In this document: positions 1-10,776 of the stretch, piece by piece
Numbering within the stretch: position 1 is the stretch's first letter
Layout of the letters: every line of letters starts with the position of its first letter
From: Kofleriaceae bacterium
GTDB lineage: Bacteria; Myxococcota_A; Polyangia; Haliangiales; Haliangiaceae
Length of the DNA stretch: 25,939 bases
Assembly: GCA_046597055.1 (NCBI GenBank)
Contig: JBKJLC010000224.1
Location: 1-25,939 of the forward strand
Direction: 5' to 3'
Made by a program: the position numbers and the translations under genes
Notes under the pieces: model-generated
Databases searched by the model: none
What the model was told of the DNA's origin: nothing
The model's input: only the letters and a program-made list of their open reading frames with translations

Positions 1-1767
1 GGCGAGAAAGCTGGCGACCCCGGGGGCCGCGAGCGTCGAGGCCGACACGGCGACCTGACCACCCTCGGCGAGCGCCTGCAGCTTGGCGGCGAGGTTCACC
101 GTGTGGCCGAAGTAGTCGATGTTGGCGTTGAGCCGCACCGCGATGCACGAGCCGGTGTTGAGCGACACCCGCAGGCGCAGGCCCCCGGGCGCGGCGAAGT
201 TGTGCTGGATCGCCTCGGCCGCGCGCAGCGCGTCGACCGGATCGGTGAAGGCGCCCATGGTGGCGTCGCCGATCGTCTTGACCACCGCGCCGCGGTGGCG
301 CGCGATGATCGCGAACACCTCGGTGAAGTGGTGCTTCACCGCCACGAACGCGTCGGGGTCGCCGCGCTCCGCGTACATCGCGGTCGAGCCGACGATGTCG
401 GTGAACAGGATGGTCTGCTGGCCGACCGCCAGCCGGACGTCGGCGCCCAGGAACTCGTCGGAGAACAGGTCGCGGAACTCCTGATGGCTGAGCAGGCGGC
501 CCGGGCGCAGCGCCAGGTCCGACGGCTGCGCCGTCTCCAGGATGAATGTCCGAGGTTCGGACGAGTCGTTGACCAGGCGCAAGGCGGCGTGGCCGGGGCT
601 GGTGTGCTCGCCGGGCGGCGCGCTGGCGTGCCACGGGACCTGGGGCTCGCCGCGGTCGTCGTCGGCGACCTCGAGGTAGCCGGCCACGCCCTGGTCGCCG
701 CGGTTGCGCAGGCGGTAGCGACCGGGGCTGAGGTCGACCTCGACCTGGGCGTCGGCGCCGGGGTCGAGCGACCGCTGCACGCGGATGTGTTGCTTGGTCG
801 CCGGCTCGGCGCTGCAGTACAGCCGGGCCTCGATCGCGCGGATCGAGGGATGGACCCGGAAGCTGACCTCGACCGCGTCGTCGGTGCCGAAGGTCACCGC
901 GCACACGTCGCACGCGCCCTCGGTCGGCACGTCCGACAGCTTGCTCTCGGTCTCGCGCACGCCGCGGCAGTGCGGGCACACCACGTCCCACGACAGCTCG
1001 AGCAGCCCGGCCCGGGTCGCGTGCAGGAACACGCGCAGCAGCTGGTCCTCGTCGAGCTTCCAGGCCCGGGCTCGCTCGCGCACCTGGATGCGGCCGACGT
1101 CGAGCTCGTCGCCGGTGCGGACGTAGTCGACCAGCCGGTCGAGCGCGTCGCCATCGAGCCCGCTCGCCCGCAGCGCGGCGGCGATCACGGCCAGCCGCTC
1201 GCTGGCCTCGGCCCGCAGCACCGGCGCCGCGACCGCGAACAGGTTCGGGATCACCGCCTCGCGCTCGGCGGCCAGCGCCGGGATCACCCGCCGGTAGGCG
1301 CGCTCGATCGCGGCGAAGCTGAGCCGCATCACCGGCGACAGCACCGGCCAGCGCGCCACCACCCCGAAGTACACGTACAGGCGGGTGCGCCCGCCCGCGA
1401 GCGGCTCGAGCCGATGGATCGCGTACAGCGTGCGCATGGCGCCGCGCGAGAACACCCGCACCGAGGTGAACCAGCGGCCGGCGACCCAGTCCCACGGCAC
1501 CTCGTGCCACTCGTGCAGCACGCCGCCGTAGCGGCCCTGGCCGTAGCGCAGCCCGGCCCGCTCCTCGAACTTCATCTCGGTGTTGCCGAGCGCGCGGTTG
1601 AGCCGCGACACGTCCGACACCCGCGGCCACAGCGCCGCCGGCGGCAGGTCGACGTCGATCACCCACAGGAACTCGAGCCGGCGATCGTTGCGGTGCGCGC
1701 GCGGCCACGGGTGCTCGCGCAGCAGGTCGCTGAGGGTCAGGCGGGCGTCGGAGCTGGCGACGCTCAC
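1..1767 (-). CDS. Class III adenylate/guanylate cyclase with N-terminal SRPBCC/START-like region and DUF5939-like Cys-rich middle domain (3' end runs off the window)
   Basis: Manual minus-strand translation, absent from the ORF track because the stop is outside the window. Catalytic region: TILFTDIVGSTAMY...VVKTIGDATMGAF...RVSLNTG...IDYFGHTVNLAAKLQ. Middle region: WDVVCPHCRG...CDVC and YCSAEP. N-terminus: LWPRVSDVSRLNRALG. GTG start at 1767, or in-frame TTG at 1773. Confidence 0.9.
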   Translation of the reverse strand, partial: MSVASSDARLTLSDLLREHPWPRAHRNDRRLEFLWVIDVDLPPAALWPRVSDVSRLNRALGNTEMKFEERAGLRYGQGRYGGVLHEWHEVPWDWVAGRWFTSVRVFSRGAMRTLYAIHRLEPLAGGRTRLYVYFGVVARWPVLSPVMRLSFAAIERAYRRVIPALAAEREAVIPNLFAVAAPVLRAEASERLAVIAAALRASGLDGDALDRLVDYVRTGDELDVGRIQVRERARAWKLDEDQLLRVFLHATRAGLLELSWDVVCPHCRGVRETESKLSDVPTEGACDVCAVTFGTDDAVEVSFRVHPSIRAIEARLYCSAEPATKQHIRVQRSLDPGADAQVEVDLSPGRYRLRNRGDQGVAGYLEVADDDRGEPQVPWHASAPPGEHTSPGHAALRLVNDSSEPRTFILETAQPSDLALRPGRLLSHQEFRDLFSDEFLGADVRLAVGQQTILFTDIVGSTAMYAERGDPDAFVAVKHHFTEVFAIIARHRGAVVKTIGDATMGAFTDPVDALRAAEAIQHNFAAPGGLRLRVSLNTGSCIAVRLNANIDYFGHTVNLAAKLQALAEGGQVAVSASTLAAPGVASFLA

Positions 1768-1852
1768 GGGCAAGGCCCGAGTATCGCTTAACCGCGGCCG
1801 GCTGGCGCGGGCGGGCGACCGCTTCAGCGCTGCGGGCCCGGCCGGGGCCGGG

Positions 1853-3169
1853 CTACCGAGCCTGCGGGCGCGCCCGCACCCGCGCGCGCAGGCCGTCCTT
1901 CGGCAGCGGCCCGAGCCCACCCGCGCCCGGCGTGAGATCCTGCGCCGGCAGCTCGACCTCGTGGCCGCGCAGGAGCGCGGCGGTGACCAGCGGCATGATC
2001 AGGTGCGTGAATCCCTCACCCGCGCAGCGGTGACCCTCGGGCGGACCGCCGCCCTGCGGCACGTAGGCATTGTCCGGGAGACCGGACAGCGCGGCCTCGT
2101 CCAGCCGGTCGCCGTCGAACCGGGTCGGATCGGGGAACGTGGCCGCGTCCTGCAGCGTCGGCCAGATCGCGCCCGAGCCCTTCCAGCCGCGCTTGATCGT
2201 GAAGCCGTCGAGCTCGAGGTCCTTGCGGGCGACCCCGACGAACGTCGCCGGCGCGATCGGCCAGGCCCGCCGCACCTCGCGGCTGACCGCAGCGGTGTAG
2301 CGCATGGTGGCGATCCCGGCGGTGGTGAGCGCGCCCGCGGGCAGCGCGTCGACCTCGACCACGACCCGCCGGCGCACCTCGGGATGCTGGGCCAGGGCGA
2401 CCACCATCCACGCCAGCGCCCCGGCCAGCCCGGCGTGGGCCGCCGCGAAGAAGTGGAGCAGCTCGATCTCGAGCTCGGCCGGCGTCAGCGCCTCGCCCTG
2501 GGCCCCGCGCGCCGCCTTGAGCACCGCCAGCGCGGTCCCGGCGCCGTCGCGGGTCGCGACCGCGTCCTTGATGTAGGCGCGCAGCCGGTCGCGGGCCTTG
2601 AGCGCCTTGCCGTAGCTGGTGAACGGCAGCTTGACCGGCGGCGAGAACAGGCCGCGCACCATCAGGGCGAAGTCGGCGGCGTGGGCCGCCTCGTGGCGCC
2701 CGGGGTCGGCGGCCGCGAACAGCACGTTGGCGAGATCGAACGCGAACCGCGACAGCTCGTCGGCAAGCCGGAGCTCACCGGCGGCGGCCCAGGCCGTGAC
2801 GTAGCGGTCGAGCAGCGTCTCGAGCTTGGGCAGGTAGGTCGTCATCGCGGTCGGCGAAAAGGCGGCGAGCAGGAGGCGCTTGCGGACCCGGTGGCGCTCG
2901 CCATCGATGAACGGCACGGCGTCGGGATGCAGGAGCTCCTGCATGTGCGGCGGCGAGCCGTTCTCGCGGGTGAAGTTGGCCGGGTCCATGAAGAACGAGA
3001 ACGCCCGGGGCCCGGTGAAGAACACGACGGTGGACCCGAGCAGCCGCGTCTTCCAGATCGGCCCGTGCTGGCGGGTCCGGGCCAGCTGGAACGCGAATGG
3101 ATCCTTCAGGAAGGTCAGGGCCTCGCCCACGTAGGGCAGGCCGAGCGAGCCGGGGGGCACTTGCGCCAT
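1853..3169 (-). CDS. Cytochrome P450, CYP152-like scaffold with atypical I-helix
   Basis: PPGSLGLPYVGE N-terminus, ExxR (EVRR), PTRF meander region, heme loop YVPQGGGPPEGHRCAGE. Confidence 0.93.
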   Translation of the reverse strand: MAQVPPGSLGLPYVGEALTFLKDPFAFQLARTRQHGPIWKTRLLGSTVVFFTGPRAFSFFMDPANFTRENGSPPHMQELLHPDAVPFIDGERHRVRKRLLLAAFSPTAMTTYLPKLETLLDRYVTAWAAAGELRLADELSRFAFDLANVLFAAADPGRHEAAHAADFALMVRGLFSPPVKLPFTSYGKALKARDRLRAYIKDAVATRDGAGTALAVLKAARGAQGEALTPAELEIELLHFFAAAHAGLAGALAWMVVALAQHPEVRRRVVVEVDALPAGALTTAGIATMRYTAAVSREVRRAWPIAPATFVGVARKDLELDGFTIKRGWKGSGAIWPTLQDAATFPDPTRFDGDRLDEAALSGLPDNAYVPQGGGPPEGHRCAGEGFTHLIMPLVTAALLRGHEVELPAQDLTPGAGGLGPLPKDGLRARVRARPQAR

Positions 3170-3258
3170 GGCGCAATGGTACGCGCGTCCGGGTCGCCCG
3201 GATCGACCGGTCCCTGCGCACCTCGACCGCCGCGTCTGCGCCGCGGTAAGACTCGGCC

Positions 3259-4053
3259 ATGAAGCAGCTCCCGCTCGCCGCGATCCTGGCCGCGACCCTC
3301 CTGACGTCGTCGGCCTGCGTGAAGCAGTCGACCCACCAGCGGGCGCTCGATCACGTCACCGCGCTCGAGGGCCGGATCGCCGAGCTCACCCGCGAGGAGC
3401 AGGACCGCAAGGCCCGGCTGGCCGCGCTCGAGGGCGACCTCCAGAAGACGCGCGGTGACCTCGACTCGACCACGAAGACCAAGGACGAGGAGCTGACCCG
3501 GGTCCGCGGCGAGAAGGACGCGACCGTCGCCGAGCTCGCCGAGCTCCGCAAGCAGCGCGATGCCCAGGAGAAGCGCCTGACCGCGTACCGCGAGCTGCAG
3601 GCAAAGTTCCGGCAGCTGGTCGACTCCGGCAAGCTGCAGATCGGCTTCCGCAACGGCCAGATGGTCGTGAAGCTGCCGTCGTCGATCCTGTTCGCGAGCG
3701 GCGCCGCCGAGCTCAGCACCGCCGGCAAGGCGGCGCTGGGCGACGTGACCAAGGTCCTGCTCGAGTTCAAGGATCGCCGCTTCCTGGTCGCCGGTCACAC
3801 CGACAACGTCCCGATCAAGACCCGCGTGTTCCGCAACAACTGGGTGCTGTCGACCGCGCGCGCGGTCTCGGTGCTCGAGTTCATGGTCGGGCAGGGCATG
3901 CCGGCCGCCAGCGTCGCCGCCGCCGGCTATGCCGATCAGGATCCGGCCGCGCCCAACGACAGCGACCCCGGCCGCGAGCTCAACCGCCGCATCGAGATCA
4001 TCCTGGTGCCCAACCTGTCGGAGCTGCCGCAGCTCACGACCGACGCCCCCTGA
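3259..4053 (+). CDS. OmpA/MotB-family peptidoglycan-binding lipoprotein with long coiled coil
   Basis: Signal peptide ending LTSSAC (lipobox-like), heptad-rich coiled coil, C-terminal ILFASG...AGHTDNVP...NWVLSTARA...GYAD...NRRIEI. Confidence 0.88.
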   Translation: MKQLPLAAILAATLLTSSACVKQSTHQRALDHVTALEGRIAELTREEQDRKARLAALEGDLQKTRGDLDSTTKTKDEELTRVRGEKDATVAELAELRKQRDAQEKRLTAYRELQAKFRQLVDSGKLQIGFRNGQMVVKLPSSILFASGAAELSTAGKAALGDVTKVLLEFKDRRFLVAGHTDNVPIKTRVFRNNWVLSTARAVSVLEFMVGQGMPAASVAAAGYADQDPAAPNDSDPGRELNRRIEIILVPNLSELPQLTTDAP

Positions 4054-4502
4054 TGGCCGAGGCCGGCGACGATCCGCCGGATCCGGGCCCCTACCGGGCG
4101 CCCGGCGACAGCCGGCTCGGCCCCGTGGTCGCGCGCTTCCCGATGATGCGGCGTGCCCGCTACCTCGGCAGCGCGCGGGCGGTCGGGCGGTCCGGCCCGC
4201 GCTCGATCGGCAGCCTGGCCAGCCCGCCGCCGGCGTCGTCACCGCTCGAGCTGACCCGGCGCCCGTCGGGCGAGGTGGTCGAGCTGTGCGCGCGGGGGCT
4301 GCGCGTGCGGGCCCGGGCCGGCGTGCTCGAGCTGACCTGGGATCAGCTGGTCGCAGTCGACCGCCTCGAGGACTCCGGAGAGCTGGGCGGGCTGATCCTG
4401 GTCGGCGTGCACGGCGAGGAGGTCCGACTCGACCGCACGGTGCGCGGCCTCACCGAGCTGGCCGCCGCCATCGACGCGGCGCGCGCGCGCGCCGGCCGCT
4501 GA
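4053..4502 (+). CDS. Hypothetical protein (C-terminal half resembles bacterial PH-like domains)
   Basis: Start overlaps the upstream stop (TGATG at 4051-4055). Host-like GC3 codon usage. The beta-rich pattern GLRVR...ELTWDQLVAV is followed by a C-terminal helix. Confidence 0.6.
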   Translation: MAEAGDDPPDPGPYRAPGDSRLGPVVARFPMMRRARYLGSARAVGRSGPRSIGSLASPPPASSPLELTRRPSGEVVELCARGLRVRARAGVLELTWDQLVAVDRLEDSGELGGLILVGVHGEEVRLDRTVRGLTELAAAIDAARARAGR

Positions 4503-4593
4503 GCCGTTCCCTGGCTGGAACCAGCGTTCCACCAGCGACGCGAGCCGCGGCCACGCCCAGCGGTATCCTGAGGCAGACCTCGGAAGGAGCCTG

Positions 4594-5301
4594 GTGATGA
4601 GCCCACGCAGCGTCGAAGCGATCGTCGAGTCGCAGGTGCAACGATGGATCGGCGAGCGCACCCGCAGCCCGGCACCGCCACCCCAGCCGATGCCCGTGGT
4701 CGCGGTGTCACGCCAGTTCGGCGCGGGCGGCGCGGCGTGCGCGCGCCTGGTCGCCGACCGGCTCGGCTTCACGTTCTGGAACCGCGAGCTGCTCGCCGCG
4801 ATCGCGGGCCACGCCCACCTCGAGGCGTCGACCCTGGCGCGGTTCGACGAGCACCACCGCTCGGTGCTGATCGATGCCGTGGGCGGCATGCTGCCGACCG
4901 CCTCGTCGCTCGGCCTGCTCGACTATGCGCGCGAGCTGACCAGAGTCGTCCGCGACGTGGTCCAGCGCGGCGGCGCGGTGCTGGTCGGCCGCGGCGCCGG
5001 CTACCTGATCGATCCAGCCCGGGTCCTGCGCGTGCGCGTGGTGTGCCCGATCGACGAGCGGGTGCGCCGGGTCGCCGCCCGCGACGGGCTCGACCTCGAA
5101 GCCGCCCGCCGCCACGTCCTCGATGCCGACGCCGACCGCCGCGCCTTCGTGCGCGACCTCTACGGCAAGGACCTCGACGACGTCGCCGGCCACGATCTGT
5201 GGGTCAACACCGGGAGCCTGCCAGTCGAGCTTTCCGCCTCGGTGATCGTGGCCGCCTACCGCGCCCGCTTCGGCGAGCGCGGCGTGCACGCCGGCGCCTG
5301 A
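4594..5301 (+). CDS. Cytidylate kinase-like family protein (Cytidylate_kin2-type)
   Basis: VVAVSRQFGAGG P-loop-like start, VLVGRGAGYL, RVRVVCPIDERVRR, DADRRAF, HDLWVNT. GGAAGGAG RBS just upstream. Confidence 0.88.
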   Translation: MMSPRSVEAIVESQVQRWIGERTRSPAPPPQPMPVVAVSRQFGAGGAACARLVADRLGFTFWNRELLAAIAGHAHLEASTLARFDEHHRSVLIDAVGGMLPTASSLGLLDYARELTRVVRDVVQRGGAVLVGRGAGYLIDPARVLRVRVVCPIDERVRRVAARDGLDLEAARRHVLDADADRRAFVRDLYGKDLDDVAGHDLWVNTGSLPVELSASVIVAAYRARFGERGVHAGA

Positions 5302-5332
5302 GCTCCCAGCGAGCCGAGCGAAGCGGCCAACC

Positions 5333-5506
5333 ATGACGCCGGGGTCCGGAGTCACGAGTCGGGTGCGAGGTCAGCAACCGGATGCGCTAGAGGTCGACGC
5401 GGACGAGGCCGCCGAGCTCGATCGCCGACTCGCGGAGTACCGAGCCAATCCCACCGCTGGCCTGTCGTGGGATGAGGTCAAGGCCCAGATCCTCTCGCGG
5501 CGATGA
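5333..5506 (+). pseudogene. Addiction-module antitoxin (TIGR02574/Unstab_antitox-like), apparently missing its N-terminal half
   Basis: Manual translation, 57 aa: MTPGSGVTSRVRGQQPDALEVDADEAAELDRRLAEYRANPTAGLSWDEVKAQILSRR. ELDRRLAEY..NP..G.SWDEVK is the family's characteristic C-terminus. Confidence 0.72.
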
Positions 5507-5558
5507 CCCGGACGCTGAGTGTCCAGCCGCTCGCCCAGCGCGACCTGGCAGCGGTGAG

Positions 5559-5586
<28 letters not shown>
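5503..5586 (+). pseudogene. Truncated ParE/RelE-family toxin N-terminus
   Basis: ATG overlaps the antitoxin stop (ATGA at 5503-5506). It reads MTRTLSVQPLAQRDLAAV, a ParE-like beta1-alpha1 start, then runs into the convergent uvrC 3' end and stops after 27 codons. Confidence 0.6.
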
Positions 5587-7610
<2,024 letters not shown>

Positions 7611-7719
7611 GGGTGGCGGAACCTACCATCGTTGGCGAGCGTGTCGAGCCGGCCGGCCGACCCCGGCCGCGACCGGTGCCCCACCATCCTCCGGCGTCAG
7701 GGTCGACCGCTGGCCGTGG

Positions 7720-8793
7720 CTACAAGATCCGTCGGCAGTCCTTCACCGTCACCAGCACCATGACGACGATGAGGAGGAGCACGCCGATCATGTGCACGGT
7801 CGTCTCGATCTTGGGGTTGGCGCGGCGGCGGGTCACCAGCTCGTAGCCGAGGAACGCCAGCCGCCCGCCGTCGAGCGCCGGCAGCGGGAACAGGTTGACG
7901 AGGCCGAGGTAGACGTTGAGCAGCATCAGCAGCTCGATCGCGGCGATCGCGCCGACCTCGATCGCGGTCTTGATGGTGTCGCCGATCATGACCGGTCCCC
8001 CGACGTCGCCCTCGACCTCGCCAGTGACCACCAGGTAGAGCCCGGTCAGGATCTCCTTGGTCTGGTGCCACGGATACGCGAACGCCTGGCCGGTGGCCGT
8101 GATGACGCCGACGTCGTGGCGGTCGACCTGCAGCATCGACTTGATCCCGAGCCGCCAGCGGTGATCCTTGGGATCGACCGGGCTGGTGTCGAACGTCGCC
8201 GTGACCGGCACGTCCACCTGGTGACCGTCGCGGCGCACGGTCACGGTGGTCGGCCGGTCTTTCAGGTCGTTGGTGATCGTGGCGAGGATGTGGTGCTCGC
8301 CGTTGGGGCCCTGCCACCAGATCGGCTGGCCGTTGATCTCGAGGATGCGGTCGCCCGGCAGCAGCTTGCCGTGGGCGGCCAAGCCCTCCTGGGTCGTGTC
8401 GACCGCGTAGTACTCGACCTTGTCCTTCACGCCGGCGAAGGTGTACAGGCCAAACGCGAGGACGATCGCGGTGAGATAGTTGGTGCCAGGGCCGGCGAAG
8501 ATCGTGGCGATGCGCTGCCACACCGGGCGGTTCGGATAGGCCGCCTTGTCGTCGGGATCGATCTCCTCCGCGATGTTCATCCCCTTGATCTCGACGAAGC
8601 CGCCGAACGGGATGGGCGCGAGCTGGTAGGTGGTGCCCTTCTTCGAGCGCCACTTGAGGATGCCGGGGCCGAACCCGATGGAGAACCGCTCGACCCGCAT
8701 GCCGCACAGACGCGCGACCACCAGGTGGCCCGCCTCGTGGACCACGATGAGCAGGCTGAGGCCCAGGATCGCGCCGACTATGCCGAGAACCAT
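7720..8793 (-). CDS. rseP: Site-2 protease (M50 family, RseP-like) with PDZ domain
   Basis: HEAGH zinc motif, FSIGFG, PFGGFV, AGP, PDZ segment LLPGDRILEING, NLFPLPALDGG. Confidence 0.93.
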   Translation of the reverse strand: MVLGIVGAILGLSLLIVVHEAGHLVVARLCGMRVERFSIGFGPGILKWRSKKGTTYQLAPIPFGGFVEIKGMNIAEEIDPDDKAAYPNRPVWQRIATIFAGPGTNYLTAIVLAFGLYTFAGVKDKVEYYAVDTTQEGLAAHGKLLPGDRILEINGQPIWWQGPNGEHHILATITNDLKDRPTTVTVRRDGHQVDVPVTATFDTSPVDPKDHRWRLGIKSMLQVDRHDVGVITATGQAFAYPWHQTKEILTGLYLVVTGEVEGDVGGPVMIGDTIKTAIEVGAIAAIELLMLLNVYLGLVNLFPLPALDGGRLAFLGYELVTRRRANPKIETTVHMIGVLLLIVVMVLVTVKDCRRIL

Positions 8794-8852
8794 GCGCGGG
8801 GACTATAGCAGCGCGAACCCGCCGGGGCCGGTGCAGAGACGTCGGAGACGGG

Positions 8853-9428
8853 CTACGAAGCCCGCTCGTGGCGGCGGGTCGAGAACAGGCCGAGCAGGCG
8901 CGGCCGGGTCGGCACCCGCGGCGCGCCGATCATCTGCACGTCGAGGCGCAGGCCCCGGGCGGCCATGCGGCGGGCGAGGCGCTTGCGGCGAGCGTCGCGG
9001 TTGCCGCGCAGACCGGCGAGCGCCGGCAGCGCGCGCAGGCGGTTGGCGATGACGTAGTGGTCGTGGACGATGACCGCGTCGACCTGGCCAGCGCCGACCT
9101 GCGCGAACGCGGCGGTCGCCGGGGCCAGGCTGCCCATCGCGATGTCGGGATCGATGATCCACAACATCCGGCCCTGGGCCCGACCGGCACCGGCGTCGGC
9201 GCCGCGGCCACGGCCGGGCGCATGAACGACGCGCAGCTCGGGCACCTGCGCGCGCATGAGCGCGAGGACCGCGTGCGAGTTGTCGCCGGAGTCCTCGTCG
9301 ACCGCGAGGATCTCGAAGGGCATCGCAAGCGGTCGGAGATGTTCGGCCAGCCGCTGGACAGCGGTGCCGATCGAATCTTCGTCGTCGCCAAACGGAACGA
9401 TGACAGAGATCTCGTAGCGGGCGGACAT
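8853..9428 (-). CDS. Short glycosyltransferase family 2-like protein
   Basis: EISVIVPFGDDEDSI, EILAVDEDSGDNS, GRGRGA, IIDPD (DxD). Start placed at MSARYE; alternatives are 9449 and 9452. The 9563 start in the ORF track is probably too long. Confidence 0.78.
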   Translation of the reverse strand: MSARYEISVIVPFGDDEDSIGTAVQRLAEHLRPLAMPFEILAVDEDSGDNSHAVLALMRAQVPELRVVHAPGRGRGADAGAGRAQGRMLWIIDPDIAMGSLAPATAAFAQVGAGQVDAVIVHDHYVIANRLRALPALAGLRGNRDARRKRLARRMAARGLRLDVQMIGAPRVPTRPRLLGLFSTRRHERAS

Positions 9429-9620
9429 CGGCGATGCAGGTGCCAGCATCATCCGTGCCGTTCGTCGCAGTGCCGTGACAGCCGTGTGTAGCAGCTGTCG
9501 GCGTCCGTCAAGTACCCGGAAGCTGGTCCAAGATTCTCGCGCGCGGCCGAACGGCTCGACCACTGCGTCAAAAGAAACGCGAAGGGTTTCGCGCAGGTGC
9601 GAACGTCGTTGCGCGGGCGC

Positions 9621-10751
9621 TCAGCGACCGCGCGCCCAGTGCGCATCAAGGATGGGTCCAACCGCGCGCCACCCGAGTGAGGCCGCGCGCCCCGGTGTGG
9701 CGGCAAGCGACACCTCGATCGCCGCCGCCAGCGCGGCGGCGTCTCCCGCCGGCACGATCCGCGCGCCGCGCGAAGCGAGTTCGGTCAGCCCGCCGGTCGC
9801 GCTGGCAACCAGCGGCACGCCGGCCGCCAGGGCCTCGAGCGCCGCCAGCGGGGTGCCTTCGGTGCGTCCGTCCGGGCCCGGTCTCGAGGGCACCAGCACC
9901 ACATCGGCGGCGGCCAGCAGGGCGTCGCGTCGGTCGGCGTCGACCCACCCGGTGAAGGTCACGCGTTCACCAAACCGCTGCGCGGCGTGCTCGAGGCGGG
10001 CGCGCTCGGGTCCGTCTCCGGCGATCACCAGCCGGGCCGGCACGCGCAGGTGCCCGAGCGCGGCGATCGCGACCTCGACTGCCTTGATCGGCACCAGCCG
10101 GGCCAGCACGAGCAGGTCGACCGGCTCGCCGTCGTGGCGGGGCCGGCGACTGCCGCGGACCGCGGCGACCGCCGCGGCGCGGGCGTCGTCGACGCCCATC
10201 GGCTGCACGCACGCGCGCCGCGCGACCTGGGAGGCCAGCCAGCGCGGCACGCCGTCGAGGGCGCGCCGGCGGAGCTCCTCGGACACGAACGCGATCCGCG
10301 CGTCGCGAGCGGTGAGCAGCGCGAACGCCGGCACCAGCAGCCGCGTGCGCGCGAGCAGATGGAGGTCGCCGCCATGCGTGATCGCGAGCAGCGGGATGCC
10401 CCGGGTCGCCATCGCCACCGCGAGCGCCGACGGCGCCAGCCAGTGCGCGCACACCGCGTCCCAGTCGCGCGCCCGCCGCGCGACCGCCGCCAGCATCCGG
10501 CCCGTGAAGCCGAACGCGCCGGCCAGCGCGAGGGGGCGGGCCTCGAGCGTGTCGGGGGCGCCGCCGCGGTAGAACAGCCCGCTCCGGTCGGGGATCCGCG
10601 CGACGCCGGGCGTGTCGGCGCCGTCGCCGGCCGCGATCACGTCGACGACGGCGCCGGTGCCGGTCAGGTACGCGGCGTGCCCGGCGACGAACCCGCCCGC
10701 CGGCTCACCGGGCGTGCGCGGGAACGAGGTCGTGACCAGGCCGAGCCTCAT
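9621..10751 (-). CDS. Glycosyltransferase family 4 (GT-B)
   Basis: [57 protein letters not shown] (ExxxxxxxE motif). Confidence 0.92.
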   Translation of the reverse strand: MRLGLVTTSFPRTPGEPAGGFVAGHAAYLTGTGAVVDVIAAGDGADTPGVARIPDRSGLFYRGGAPDTLEARPLALAGAFGFTGRMLAAVARRARDWDAVCAHWLAPSALAVAMATRGIPLLAITHGGDLHLLARTRLLVPAFALLTARDARIAFVSEELRRRALDGVPRWLASQVARRACVQPMGVDDARAAAVAAVRGSRRPRHDGEPVDLLVLARLVPIKAVEVAIAALGHLRVPARLVIAGDGPERARLEHAAQRFGERVTFTGWVDADRRDALLAAADVVLVPSRPGPDGRTEGTPLAALEALAAGVPLVASATGGLTELASRGARIVPAGDAAALAAAIEVSLAATPGRAASLGWRAVGPILDAHWARGR

Positions 10752-10776
10752 CGCGGCTCGCGCGCGGCCGCGGCGG

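Noticed and set aside
103..1791. 562-aa plus-strand ORF
   Set aside because: Antisense shadow of the minus-strand cyclase, which carries the recognisable motifs. Long stop-free shadow frames are expected at this GC content.
7611..7719. LexA/SOS box upstream of uvrC (ssb upstream region also inspected)
   Set aside because: No match by eye to the E. coli CTGT-N8-ACAG or the Myxococcus-type CTRHAMRYBYGTTCAGS motif.
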